The notes beneath the pieces are model-generated. The model was not told the origin of the DNA. It searched no databases and was given only the letters and a program-made list of their open reading frames with translations. This document shows positions 11,541-22,461 of a stretch of DNA of 64,000 bases, piece by piece (within the stretch, counting starts at the first letter, position 1; every line of letters begins with the position of its first letter). Made by a program: the position numbers and the translations under genes. Location of the stretch: the NCBI GenBank assembly GCA_050575255.1, contig JBNZDD010013687.1, forward strand, positions 1,276,751-1,340,750, given 5' to 3'. Source of the stretch: Harriotta raleighana (lineage: Eukaryota).

Positions 11541-12489
11541 AACGTAGATTAGCAGCAGATTCAAACCAGCACACAGCTATATTAACATTATTCCTCCTGT
11601 GGGTTACCGCAAATCAAAAATTAATGATACCAGTTGAGTTGTTGATGAGGTATCAGGTTGCAAACTTACCTTCCACTATATTATGTATGGCTGTTGATCC
11701 AAGAGTGCCCCAGAGTACATTGAGCAGTCATGGACAGGCAGAGCATGTAAGAGCAGGAAGAGTAACAGGGAGAAGCTGGCTATCCCATAAACGATTCTGT
11801 CTTAACCAATGCAAATGACACTATAATTCTTATTGACCTTTCTGAAATACTACTATTTATTAATGCTGTACGTGGAAACAATTTACATTCTGAAATCAGC
11901 TGTGACAAGAACCATATGTTTATTTGCCTTAAGCAAAGCTGGCCATAAAACCTAGAGTGGTAAAGCAGTGAGGGCTGGTGACCTTTCTGACAGGTGAGTT
12001 TGCCTAACCAAGCTTCTTTGTTCCTATAGCAACAGATTATTTGTGTATGTGCAATGTCTTCAACTGCCGGTCATACTTTCTTGCTCTTGCCCAGCCCCAC
12101 TCGCTCACTGGTTCCCTTGGTCCCACATTGGGTCTTACAAGTCTCAGCTCCCGCACTGGTCTCACAAGTCTCTCGCGAGATCCATGTGAGGCAGCGCTTC
12201 ACTTACTTCACTCGACAAATCGCCACTATCCCAAAGTCCTAGTCTCAGCCTGTAAAACCACCTTTCCTTAACATTAAACATTGTGACGAATAGTGGAAAA
12301 ATCTTCAATCTCGCCATATTTTGGGAGTCAATTTTCTGCAATTCAATGAACTGGCTTCCAAATTAAGACTGAATTTCATGATTATATGTCATTTTACATC
12401 TTAAAATAAGATTATAGACTCATAGGATAGGACTAGGTGGAATTTCAGGCCTCTGAATACTGTCAGTTAAGGAATTAATCTCATCTCGC

Positions 12490-12830
12490 ACAGCTAGAGC
12501 AGTCGATCCTGTGTGGGTTTAAGTCATTTTTAAATGAAACTGGATAACTATCTCCTTGGGAAGAGGATTGGAAGTTTTAGGATCAGACTGTGATGAGGCA
12601 TTAGCCCAATGACACAATGAGTTCTCTGCTATGGGGATTAATAAATAGGAGTTAACGCAACACTGCTTCAGGGGTGGGTAAATATTCAAAAATGTCACTT
12701 GATTATCTTTGGGGATCAGACAGTATCACAGTAGAACATTCCCTAGGAGATGCAGTGGGCAGACACGATAAGGTACACTTTGTGTGGTCTGTGGAAGGAT
12801 CTGAATAAACTCCTCTTGTTAAATTCTTAT
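12490..12830 (+). mobile_element. Old CR1 3' end with long 3' UTR
   Basis: tttttaaatgaaactggataactatctccttgggaagaggattggaagtttt reads as an FKxxLDxYL-like ORF2 end; the terminus resembles the reverse complement of 1866-1935. Confidence 0.45.
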
Positions 12831-13329
12831 TGGCAAAATCTTCTCTGAATTTCTGAATCAAAAGTTTCCTGACTGAATGGTTAGTCAGTCTTCTGACATA
12901 TCATATGCTGTACAGTTTTCAGCATGTTTTTTTCCAAATATGTTTGAAGTTTTGTTTACTGACAAGGATTGAACTTTGTACTACATTTGACCTAGGTTAG
13001 GATTGTCATGCTTATAGTGTGGGGTAGGACATCCGGTGGGGTGCACATTGCTTATTACTGTATTCGGTTATATTAGGGTTTTTAGTGTCATTATCAATAT
13101 ATCCTTCCAGATTAATTTCCTCTCTTGAATTTTGCAAATATGTCTCCTCATTTTAATGATTAAATTGGATTTATATCATCACATGATTGAATCATGTGCT
13201 TTGTAAACAATCATAAGCAGGTTTTACCAAGTACATTTCATGGAAAGATACCTCTTCAGTGCATGGGACTGGGTTCTGCTCAGTTCAGTGAGCTATTTTG
13301 TTTCAGATACATTTAATAATAATAAAAAA

Positions 13330-13525
13330 ACTACAGCATTCCTACTAGTCTGAACATCAGTAACTAAAGGGCAACATTTGAAGATTATTACCAAAAACCA
13401 AAGGAAGAGTTAAGACATTTTTTGTACGCAGAAGATCGTTAGGACATGGGATGCCATCCCCAAAACTATGATTAGCATAGAATATGATAACTATTAAAAG
13501 GAAATCAGGGAAGTATTTGAAAAGG
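13330..13525 (+). mobile_element. CR1 ORF2 C-terminal relic
   Basis: Translates, with a frameshift, to TKGQHLKI...RHFLYAEDR / VRTWDAIP, similar to the CR1 motif TRGHxLK...FFTQRVVxxWNxLP. Confidence 0.65.
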
Positions 13526-13870
13526 CTGTCAGCCCTGTGTGATCCTGACTCAGTCAATAGTACCCTTTCTCCTATGAGTGGTTGTGGATTGTGGGTTCAA
13601 GTCCTATGTAGAGACTTTGAAATCATATAATCTAGACTCACCATCCAATATTGTGTCTTATTAGAGGTGCTGTCCATCAGGTCTGATGTTAACCTGAGGT
13701 CCCATCTGCTTGTTCAGGTCAGCATTTAAGATCCCATGGCACTATTCGAAAATAAAATGTACTGGCTTCCAATATACTGTACAACATTAATTGGTCCTTA
13801 ACCTTATGGTTACTTATGCTGCACAAAACGCTACTATGGTTCCCTACATAATAAAAAGTCTCTACATTTG
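13526..13870 (+). mobile_element. Deu-domain SINE (SacSINE1-like)
   Basis: Head tgtcagcc...gtgggttcaagtcc...gagacttt; core gaggtgctgtc...gatgttaacctgaggtcccatctgcttgttcagg...aagatcccatggcactattcgaa. Confidence 0.75.
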
Positions 13871-16038
13871 TTGGTACTGTAATTGACTTGTAATTTCATT
13901 CCTTATATATTACCTTTCTCCAATGATATCAAAATCATTTCAGAGTCTACAATGCCAGGATTCCACCATACGGGCAGTGTGTAGGAGAAACATGTGGCTC
14001 AGTTATATGATAATTTGCAGCATGGATTTGACTCCAGTGTAGGTCACAGTGATTTAGGTGACATTGATTGGACTTGGAGTGTCATTTAAAGTGGAATCAA
14101 ATCCATGTGATAGACTGCAGTATAACTCTGGCTGAGATAAAGAGAACTTTTAAACTTAAAAATGCACTCCTAGCTATTTCCTTGGCTTGGATTCATAGCT
14201 CCTAATAATGTTTATACAATTTGGTCATCTTTCCTTGTCCTCCCATTCCCCCTAGCTCCTATCCCCTGCTCAGGTACCCATCCAGCTATTTGATACTTCC
14301 TTCGAATGTCAGAGGCTCTAATATAAGTGTATATTGTAATGTATAAATGGTTAATCTCTGCCAATTGGGAGAGGTTTGTAGGTGCACAAGAGCTCTTCTG
14401 AACTTGCATTTATCCCCAAATGGGAGCAGCAGACTAGATACTTTGCCTGTCCATTTGATTCTGTTATGGGCTACCCACTGCATTGAATCCTAGTGTAATT
14501 TGGACATTATATTTATTTTGTGTACTTTTCCTTCGAGAGCCTATCAACAAAATGCGTGGCAAAGTGGCAAACTTTTCCAGGCCAAGATTACAACAAACAA
14601 AAAATAAAAAAACATTTGCCTACAACGGTAAAAAAGTGAATCCCGTGGTTGCCATCTGCTGCTTGCTCCAACTCTAACTCGGTCCTCTTACAAAGACATC
14701 ATTCATAGGTTTCTCTCACAAACAGAAAAGATAAAGCAGATGACACCACATGCTTACCAGGCCAACACTGTGTAAGTAAAGCTTCCTATTGCTGTTCCTT
14801 GGTGCTGTTGACATGAACACAGACCTCTTTTAAACAGAGCTGTTCTGAATTATGAATTGCTCCATCTGAATGTCTTCTCGAGGACAGATGTTGGACCTCA
14901 CAAGTCCACACTCAGACCACAGAGTTGGTTGCTCAATGCTCAAGGTCAAATATAAATAGAAAACCTTTATAATTATTGTTTTTTGAATATAGTAAGTACA
15001 GTTATAAGGACTCCATTGCTGTTCTTCCAGCTCATCTTCGATATGGAACCAATGTCAGTGGGTAGCATAGCCATACCCAATCATGCCTTATGTCAATGTT
15101 CACACATTATGTTCGTTCAGGAATTTGAAGCCTGATAGATTTTTCATATCCCAGCTCAGGAGCAATGAGGCCTATTGTAACTCCTGCCCTTACTGCTCTG
15201 GCAATCAATTGTTCATCTCCAAATGCACAATCACCTACAATTTATTTTGGGTCAGCTTTTTATCTGACACAATGCAGAAGCCATGCTTAAGAGTATACAA
15301 ATCAGACTGAGAGTTCTACAAATGCCATCTACACATGGAAATTCTGCGTATGGAATGGAAGGTGTACAGTCTCCCCGAGGAGGGCATTACAGAGATTGGC
15401 CCGAGCCAAAAAAAGGAATAGCCAAAAATGTAACTGAACATATAGTTGCAATTCTGTATCTCTCTTTGCTGAAAAAGAAAGAGGAACCAATGCTTTTGGG
15501 GGATATTTGGATATATGTTCAATAAACCCAATGCTGGTCACTTTGACTTCAAATTTTCATCCCTAAAATGAATTGTTTACCACTAACAATGTTGAAGTAC
15601 TTTATAGAATCTTGTCTGTCTGCTAATAGCTGGTTAGAGATCACTTCAAGATGCGAACTTGCTTACTGCCCACTTTTTCCAAAGCCTCTGAACCTGTCAT
15701 CAAAAAGGCAAAGCTTCCGCTTTTGTATTTAAAGCGATCAATGACTCATATCTGTAGTTCTTGTAAGCTGAAGAGACATTATGTCACGTATTTCTCACAG
15801 TCGGGTTTCTCCAGAGCTTATGCTGTGTTATGTGTAGCATGAGATTCCTCTCAAGCGTTTCTGTGTGAGGAAGCTGTGGTTTCTGGCACACATCCTCTAG
15901 CAGAAAGGAACAATGATATAACCTGACTAACAATTGCTTTACAGTACCTTTTGTTGCCTTTAGCCACTGTGATCTTAATCTCCAAAACTGCATCCCTCTA
16001 CCCCTGTCTTCCCCCCCCCCCCCACCACCACACACATA

Positions 16039-16356
16039 GAGTCCTGTAGCTCAGTGGTTAAAGCCTTACAAGTATGAGACCTGTGTTTGAATCCAGACAG
16101 GTCTGGGCAAAACATTGGGCAAGTTTCCTTACTCCACACACCTGATAATCCCTAAAAAAAAAACTATAATAAAATTGGTCATTTCAATCAACAAGTGTTT
16201 GTGGGACACTGCTGTGCTCAATTGGCTGCCGTGTTTCATCCACAAGTATACAGTCAATTCACTTTACAGTATATTCTGTGAAATGCTTTGAGATGCATAG
16301 AAGACGTGAAACGCGCTATAACAAATGCAAGGATTCTTCTTCTTCTTATTATTATT
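16039..16356 (+). mobile_element. Full-length tRNA-derived SINE, short variant
   Basis: A box tagctcagtggtta, B-box-like gtttgaatcc, body ttgggcaagtttccttactccacaca, core tttgtgggacactgctgtgctcaattggctgcc, L2-like tail and (TTC/ATT)n end. Confidence 0.9.
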
Positions 16357-17153
16357 CTATTCCACACATCTGGCTTTAAATCCTGATCAGAACACTACCT
16401 TTGTCCAGGGTTATGGTCACATTCCACATCCCCCCCACTCCCCACCTCTTCTTTTCCTTTTTTGAGGTCCAATCCCATTCTTGTGAAGCGCTTCAAGATG
16501 TTATCCTATGTGAAGCATGCTAATATAAGCACAGGCTGTTGTGGACCTTACTTGGATTTTACCAACAAAAAGACTGTAAAAATAATTTCTATAGTTAGAG
16601 TAGTGGGTAGAGTAAAGGGCGCCCAACAATTGAGAAATCAGAAACAGGGAGTCTAGCATTCTTCAATTTTCACTGCTCAGTAGCAACATCAATTGTGTAA
16701 TAACAAGGTCGCATACAGAAAGCAAAACTCCCTCTTCACTGTACCAATAATGTGCCTTACTTAACCCTAAACTCAGAAGGCCCGTAATACACCAGTGAGA
16801 ATTCTTCCAAATCCCACACCAGCCATCCTTAAGCTTTCTCCAAGTGAGCAAGCAATTTAATGCCACATTTTGCTGAATTATAGCCATTTTGTGTCCCGTA
16901 GGTCCTAGATTGAATGGAGATTACTTAAAGTTATTTTATATAAGATCTTTCAACTCCCCAGTCTCAGCTGGATTCCCATTAAAATACAAGAGAACTATAT
17001 GAAAAGAATGTTATACTGGAAGAATTATGTCAAGTCCTGAATAGTTGACAAATGAAGACAGATGCTAGAGTCACCAACAATAAAATCTGAATGGGACTCT
17101 CAATAACTCGCAGATTTGTGATCTAAGCATTGTGAACTCAAGCCACATCGATC

Positions 17154-17190
17154 AGTTCTGACGAAGGGTCATGGACCTGAAACGTTGACT
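17154..17190 (+). ncRNA. Minimal type I hammerhead ribozyme motif (Penelope type)
   Basis: CUGACGA 17158-17164, extra A, helix II GGGUC/GACCU with an AUG loop, GAAA 17179-17182, palindromic helix III (ACGU), cleavage triplet GUU 17184-17186, helix I AGUU/GACU. Confidence 0.65.
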
Positions 17191-17253
17191 CACTTTCCTT
17201 TCTCCATGGATGCTGTCTGACCTGCTGAGCTTTCCCAGCAATTTCTGTTTTTG
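17154..17253 (+). mobile_element. Penelope-like element terminal (pLTR) fragment
   Basis: tctgacgaagggtc...gaaacgttgactc...tctccatggatgctgtctgacctgctgagctttcccagcaatttctgtttt resembles the Penelope-derived repeat I recall from shark genomes, and it contains a hammerhead core. Confidence 0.7.
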
Positions 17254-17284
17254 ATCAGGAAGTTTCCACGTTTAATAGTACTGG

Positions 17285-17815
17285 AATAATAAATAATCCT
17301 TGCATTTGATAGGGCCTTATCACATCTTCGAGACATCTTAAAATACTTCACAGAACATACTGTAAAGTGAATTAACTACATTTTATGAGCAAAACGCAGT
17401 ATTCCACAAACAAGATGTGGAGTGACCAAATGATGATGATTTTTTTGTAAGCGATTCTTACCTCTAGCATAACAATCTGCCAATCGACTAACAATCAGGT
17501 TCCTACTTACTGTGAAGTAAACAGAGGCATGTAGAGTAAGGAGACGTACCCAATGTTCTGCCCTCCCAGGAATCAAACCCAAGCGGAGATCGCTGTTCCT
17601 GGGTTCTTCATGACTGTTTGTAGGATGCTGTTGTGTGCTGTTGCGTTTTGTCAACATTTTGTTGCAGTCGATTCACTTCACAGTATATTCTGTGAAGCAC
17701 TTTGAGTCATCTTGAAGACATGATAAGGCACCACATCAAATGCAAGTATTGTTGTTATTGTTGCTTTCCTCTCACTCGTGAGGTGAGTGCTTTAACCACT
17801 AAGCTACAAGTCTCC
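17285..17815 (-). mobile_element. Full-length SINE, long variant, split in its tRNA head by an opposite-strand copy
   Basis: Tail to B box spans 17285-17583. The rest of the head (ctcactcgtgaggtgagtgctttaaccactaagctacaag) resumes at 17765-17815. Confidence 0.8.
17585..17764 (+). mobile_element. 5'-truncated SINE inserted in the head of another copy
   Basis: ggagatcgctgttcctggg...catgactgtttgtagga...tatattctgtgaagcactttgag...atcaaatgcaagtattgttgtt matches 19915-20125. Confidence 0.8.
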
Positions 17816-18062
17816 ATAATTCCTTTCTTATTGAAGAATCCCAGAACTGAATTTGTTTTTATTCAAGAAAAGGATAAACTACCATCTTCATGAGTAAAGC
17901 TTGATAAATAAGTGAAAAACATGAAACTGAATGATTGCTTATTGTCAAGTTATCAGGGAGAATATGGATGAGTTGTAAGGTACAGCCTCATCTATGATGC
18001 CTCAATAACATGTCTGGCTAATTTCATACATTGTTCTTTATCGTATCAGTATGACATTTCCA

Positions 18063-18358
18063 CTTGTAGCTCAGTGTTTAGAGCACTCACCTTACAAGCG
18101 AGAGACCTGGGTTTGATTCTAGGCACATATACAATCAATTCACTTTGCAGTATATTCTATGAAGCGCTTTGAGACGTCGATAAGATGTGAAAAGGGCTAT
18201 ATCAAATGCAAGGATTATGCTTCTTAGTATTATTATTCTTATGGTGAAACCTTGGGCAGTTTCCTTACTCCACACGTCTAATAATATTCTCTCCAAAACA
18301 AATTGATCATTTCAATCCACGATTGTTTGTAGGACACTGCTGTGCGCAATTGGCTGCC
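18063..18358 (+). mobile_element. SINE with permuted segment order (head, tail, middle)
   Basis: tRNA head 18063-18125, tail 18126-18242, middle 18243-18358, judged against the intact copy at 26972-27278. Confidence 0.85.
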
Positions 18359-19605
18359 TGGCTTCAGGAGCGCCATTCAATGGAGGAGGAGAAACAAACT
18401 GCTGACTAATTGCACATTGATCATATCGAGTAAAACAGCAAAAAATCCATCGAAATGAAATTGTGTTTTTTCAAACTTTTTTTTTTACACAGACTAGAGA
18501 TTGGCAGTGGGATAGGACAGGATGTTCAAGTTTAAACATTAGCCTGTGAGCATGTGTTCAGAAGTTAACATTGAGCCTTTTCAAAAAGCCTTTTGTCATT
18601 TTTTGTCAGACTAATAAAATTAAAAGCCACCACAGTGAGAGGATACCCAGTTTCAACTCATACACTGGTAGCTGTTGTTTGGAAATCCACTATTTACATA
18701 TTTATCCAGAATTTACTCTACAGTACTTTGCAAAACATTGGGTAAGAAAAACATACAGGGCAAACTCAAGTTGCACTCAACATCATAGATTACAAAATTA
18801 GTTCTGATACAGTTGAGGAAAAGATATTTCATCTGTTTGTGTGTGTGGAGGGGGTGGGGGAAAACAAAGGAAAGGATAATTTCAGCATGCTTTTTAATTG
18901 CAAGTACAAATGTCATTTTGTAGTCTTTTAGCAAAGAAAATTACATTGAGAATAATGAGTAATGTTGTCTTGTGTCTCAATGACATTAGATTATAGAATG
19001 AAGTTTGATGAATGTACAAGTGCAAAAATTAGTTAGTATAGTTAGTTGAACAAGGTAAAGTGCAACCCAACAAGTGAGCTCATCCTATAAACGTTCAATT
19101 ATTGCATTCCATCTAAATATATATTATTCATAACATGAAACAATTGCCATCTGTGCTTTTGAATCCTGTCTTTATTCTGAAGCTAATTTAAGCCTGAGAA
19201 GTGGAAAATTTCCAGTTATTCTCTTGTGAATCTCTGGCGCCCATGTGTGGCCAAATTCAGAAGTGGATTCACATTAAAATACCGTTTCTTCACAGCACAT
19301 TCTGAGGTTAATCTTTGGGTGAGAGCCCAAAGTTAACAGTTGTAAGGGATTTAAAAAATCTATTTGAGGAATGTTCTGGTAAGATCATTTGACCATTGCA
19401 GTATTAAAATATTGGTACAGGTTTGGCAAAGATGCATCAACAGCATGTGGGTACAATAATAATTTGACATCATAGAACTTAATACTGTACACAAAATCAA
19501 AGTGTTTGTAGGATGAATCATGACAAGAAAATCTGATTTAAAAAAATGTGGGCTGTGTTTCCATACAATACAGGTAACTTTGATAGAATACACATTGAGA
19601 TTTAA

Positions 19606-19747
19606 TAATCCACAACTGTTTGAAGGACACTGGTGTGTTTCACCCACAAAATATAGTTAATTCACTTCACAGTACACAGTATTCTGAGACATCAAAGATG
19701 TGATAAGGTACTATGTATATCAAATGCAAGGATTATTATTGTTGTTA
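19606..19747 (+). mobile_element. SINE 3' half directly upstream of a full-length copy
   Basis: aatccacaactgtttgaaggacactg...atcaaatgcaaggattattatt. Confidence 0.8.
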
Positions 19748-19752
19748 ATCAT

Positions 19753-20125
19753 GGAATCCTGTAGTTTAGTGGTTTGGTTTCTCACCTGGTAAGCGAAAGG
19801 AACTTTGTTTGATTCCTGGGAAAGGACAAAATGTTTGGTAAGATTTCTTACTCTACATGCCTCTGTTTACTTAGCAGTAAGTAGGGAGATGGATGTTGGT
19901 AGGAAGTCAATTGGTAGATCGCTTTCTGGGGATAAAAAAATCCTTAAAAAAAAAACTATCCATTGAATCCGTGACTGTTTGAGGGACACTGCTGTGCGCA
20001 ATTGGCTGCTGTGTTTTGCCCGCAAAATATGCAGTCAATTCACTTTACAGTATACTGTATTCTGTCGAGTGCTTTGAGATGTCTTGAATACAGGATAAGG
20101 TGCTAGAGCAAATGGATTATTATTA
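19753..20125 (+). mobile_element. Full-length tRNA-derived SINE, long variant
   Basis: Head cctgtagtttagtggttt...gtttgattcctggg, an extra segment gcctctgtttacttagcagtaagtaggg...gtagatcgc, then the common core and tail. Confidence 0.85.
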
Positions 20126-20286
20126 CTGGTATAATAATTGTATTTTATCATGGGAGCCTTGCTTTACAAACTATCATCTATTAATACACTGGACACAAAT
20201 CTACCAATTAACCTAACTTGAAAAAACTTGTTATATTGCATTAAGTGATTCTCCTGCATAAATTGCCTACAAAACTTTTAGAACAT

Positions 20287-20353
20287 CTTGTGAAGCAATT
20301 TGGGACATGCTCCTGACATGAAAGGCACTTCACTAAGTGTAAAGTTTATTGTT
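20287..20353 (+). mobile_element. L2 3' terminal fragment
   Basis: tgtgaagcaatttgggacatgctcctgacatgaaaggcacttcactaagtgtaaag. Confidence 0.65.
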
Positions 20354-21335
20354 ATAACTTCAAAAGTGTAATTACAAATAAATTACAAATTTCATGAACT
20401 AAAAGGCTGAAACACCTGAAACAACCACAATTTTATAACTTTGATAGGTTTTGCCAAATCTATCTTTATTGCCAAGTCAGGTTATCTTTTGAATAAGTAT
20501 TTACATCGAAAACAAATTAATATGCCCACTTTTCAATCACGTTGCACAGAAACAGAGAGGGAGCGACCTTCCACATAGGATTTGTGAATCTTTTTATAAG
20601 AAATGAAAAGTAAAATAAAATTTTAAATTCTTTAAAATCATTTCTGTAAGAGTTTGAATTCTAGATTTCTGAAAAATCTCTTATTTGCATTGAATCTGAA
20701 TTACAGCTAATTCTTGGGCAAGAACATGTTGATTCTTAAAATACTTAAAATGTATAGTGCATTATGTACAGGTCTGTCCAAACTGCATTTTTAAAGCATT
20801 ATACTGCAATCTTCTTCATTGTGGTGAATGTATTAAAAAAATTTAAAATCTCCCACAACACTGCACTCACAACACTCAGGTCAAAGGTCTGGTCGGAAAG
20901 CTACCAAAATGCTGACATTTAACTAGCTTGTGGTTTGCCAGTTGGGTTAATACAGCCATGTAATTTCATCTGAAATGATACAAAGGATTCAACCAACCAT
21001 ACAGTGCAAAGCTGGGTTAGCCTGTTAAACACAGCTCAACCTCCCTTCAACATAGCTTCAGTTCACTGATTCCCCATTAGAGTTACATCGCACAGTTACA
21101 TTGCTCCTCTGGAGAAATAAATTCCACCCCCTATATTCTGAATTGCTCAGTCCTATAACGTCAGACTGTTTAAGGTTATCTCACAAAGAGTTTCTCAATA
21201 ATGACAGAACAGTGATATTGAACTCTTGCGTAGAAGGGCAGAGTATGAATATGATCACCATCAATCTTTGAAGGAGAGGTGGTGGGGTGGAGGGGGGAGC
21301 GGGGAGAGTGGCGGGCGCGGAGGAGGTAATGACTA

Positions 21336-22099
21336 CAGGCAATCCTCAAGTTACGACAGGGTTAGGTTCCTAAGATGTGGTGTTAGTCGAATTTGTATGT
21401 AAGTTGAGTCACGCCCCTATACAACAACAACAACAACAAAATTACATTTATAGAGCGCGTTTCACGTCAGGAGGACGTCCCAAGGCGCTGGACAGATGAT
21501 TTATAATGCTTACAGTAACATACAGTGATTGGTTGTAGTGTATAGTGGGCTGTCCTCTCTCCCCCGCACCCCTCCTAATATGTACAGTACTGTAAATAAA
21601 ATATTACTATGTACTTACATGGCTTCATTGTGTGTCTGGCATACTGGAATGGGTGTCACATGGCAGGAGATTTACATAGAGGATGATGGTGTTGGTGGAG
21701 AATCTGGATCTAATGAAGATGTTGGTGATGGAGCTTCTGGAGATCACACGCGACGTAGCGCAACACAGGAGATCACACGCGACGTAGCGCACCGTCTAAA
21801 GGCTGGAGAGTACTGTACCGCCGAGCTCACAGACTCACTCAGTATCTGTACAGTACACACTCGCGTCTCGCCTCCATCCTGTTCCTGTCCTGAACGCGTA
21901 TCGTGGTCCCGTACGTCTTGAGAGTCGTGAGGCACCGTGTGACTCCAGTTTTCTATCGCGCGTGGGGCAACTAAAGTATTTACGTAGTAGTGTCATAACT
22001 TCAAGACTTTGGATGTAACTCGGACGTAATTTTACTGATATTAAGCGTCGTAACTTCGAATTGTCGTACCTTGGAACGTCGTAACTTGAGAACTGCTTG
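21336..22099. mobile_element. Non-autonomous Tc1/mariner (pogo/Tigger-type) DNA transposon
   Basis: TA target duplications at 21334-21335 and 22100-22101. The terminal inverted repeats caggcaatcctcaagttacgac / gtcgtaacttgagaactgcttg are 22 bp with 3 mismatches. There are repeated subterminal cgtaact motifs and no transposase ORF. Confidence 0.85.
21421..21495 (-). mobile_element. Young L2 3' terminus nested in the DNA transposon
   Basis: (ACA)n aaattacatttatagagcgcgtttcacgtcaggaggacgtcccaaggcgctggacag is almost an exact reverse complement of 8074-8147. Confidence 0.9.
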
Positions 22100-22327
22100 T
22101 ACTAAAATGGTCAACGGGCAAGTTGACCAAGACATTGCACTGATGCCATCTAGGGAGATATTTTCAGTCTGGAGTGCATTTCATTCCAATGGAGGACAGT
22201 CCAGATATAGGAGAACAGGACAAATTGGAACTCATTCTACTTTATTGATAATTCAGTTAAAAAGGCAACCACAATAATTTCATTGAGACTAAACACAAAA
22301 CCCAGGTATCAACAATTCCCCAGATAA

Positions 22328-22461
22328 AATGGCCATTAACTTCATGGCTGTTTGTGGAATACTTTTGCCAATTGGCAATCAAAAAATACACAATCAGTAC
22401 ATTTTGAAATAAATCCTTTTCACGATAAAGCAGTAAATTAAATGCAAGGATTATAATTATT
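22328..22461 (+). mobile_element. Degenerate SINE 3' fragment
   Basis: catggctgtttgtggaatact...aattggc...aaatgcaaggattataattatt. Confidence 0.55.

Noticed and set aside
11980-12030. cag|gtgagt as a recursive splice site (also ttttcag|gtaagc near 62283-62295)
   Set aside because: The pyrimidine tracts are short, such motifs are expected by chance in 64 kb, and the transcribed strand is unknown.
18063-18125. tRNA-Val-like cloverleaf (loop cttacaa; also 27215-27278 and 16039-16100)
   Set aside because: Each is joined to a SINE body and lacks a proper acceptor stem and terminator, so these are SINE heads and not tRNA genes.
21278-21326. G-rich runs as functional G-quadruplexes (also ~860, 24235, 42605, 60685)
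   Set aside because: Simple G runs are common in this window, and nothing in the sequence indicates function.
21739-21791. 24-bp direct repeat as a CRISPR array
   Set aside because: There are only two units with a 5-nt spacer, it lies inside a eukaryotic transposon, and there are no cas genes.
21529-21921. 130-aa ORF inside the DNA transposon as a transposase
   Set aside because: There is no HTH/CENP-B or DDE motif and it is too short; at most it is a remnant of an acidic tail.
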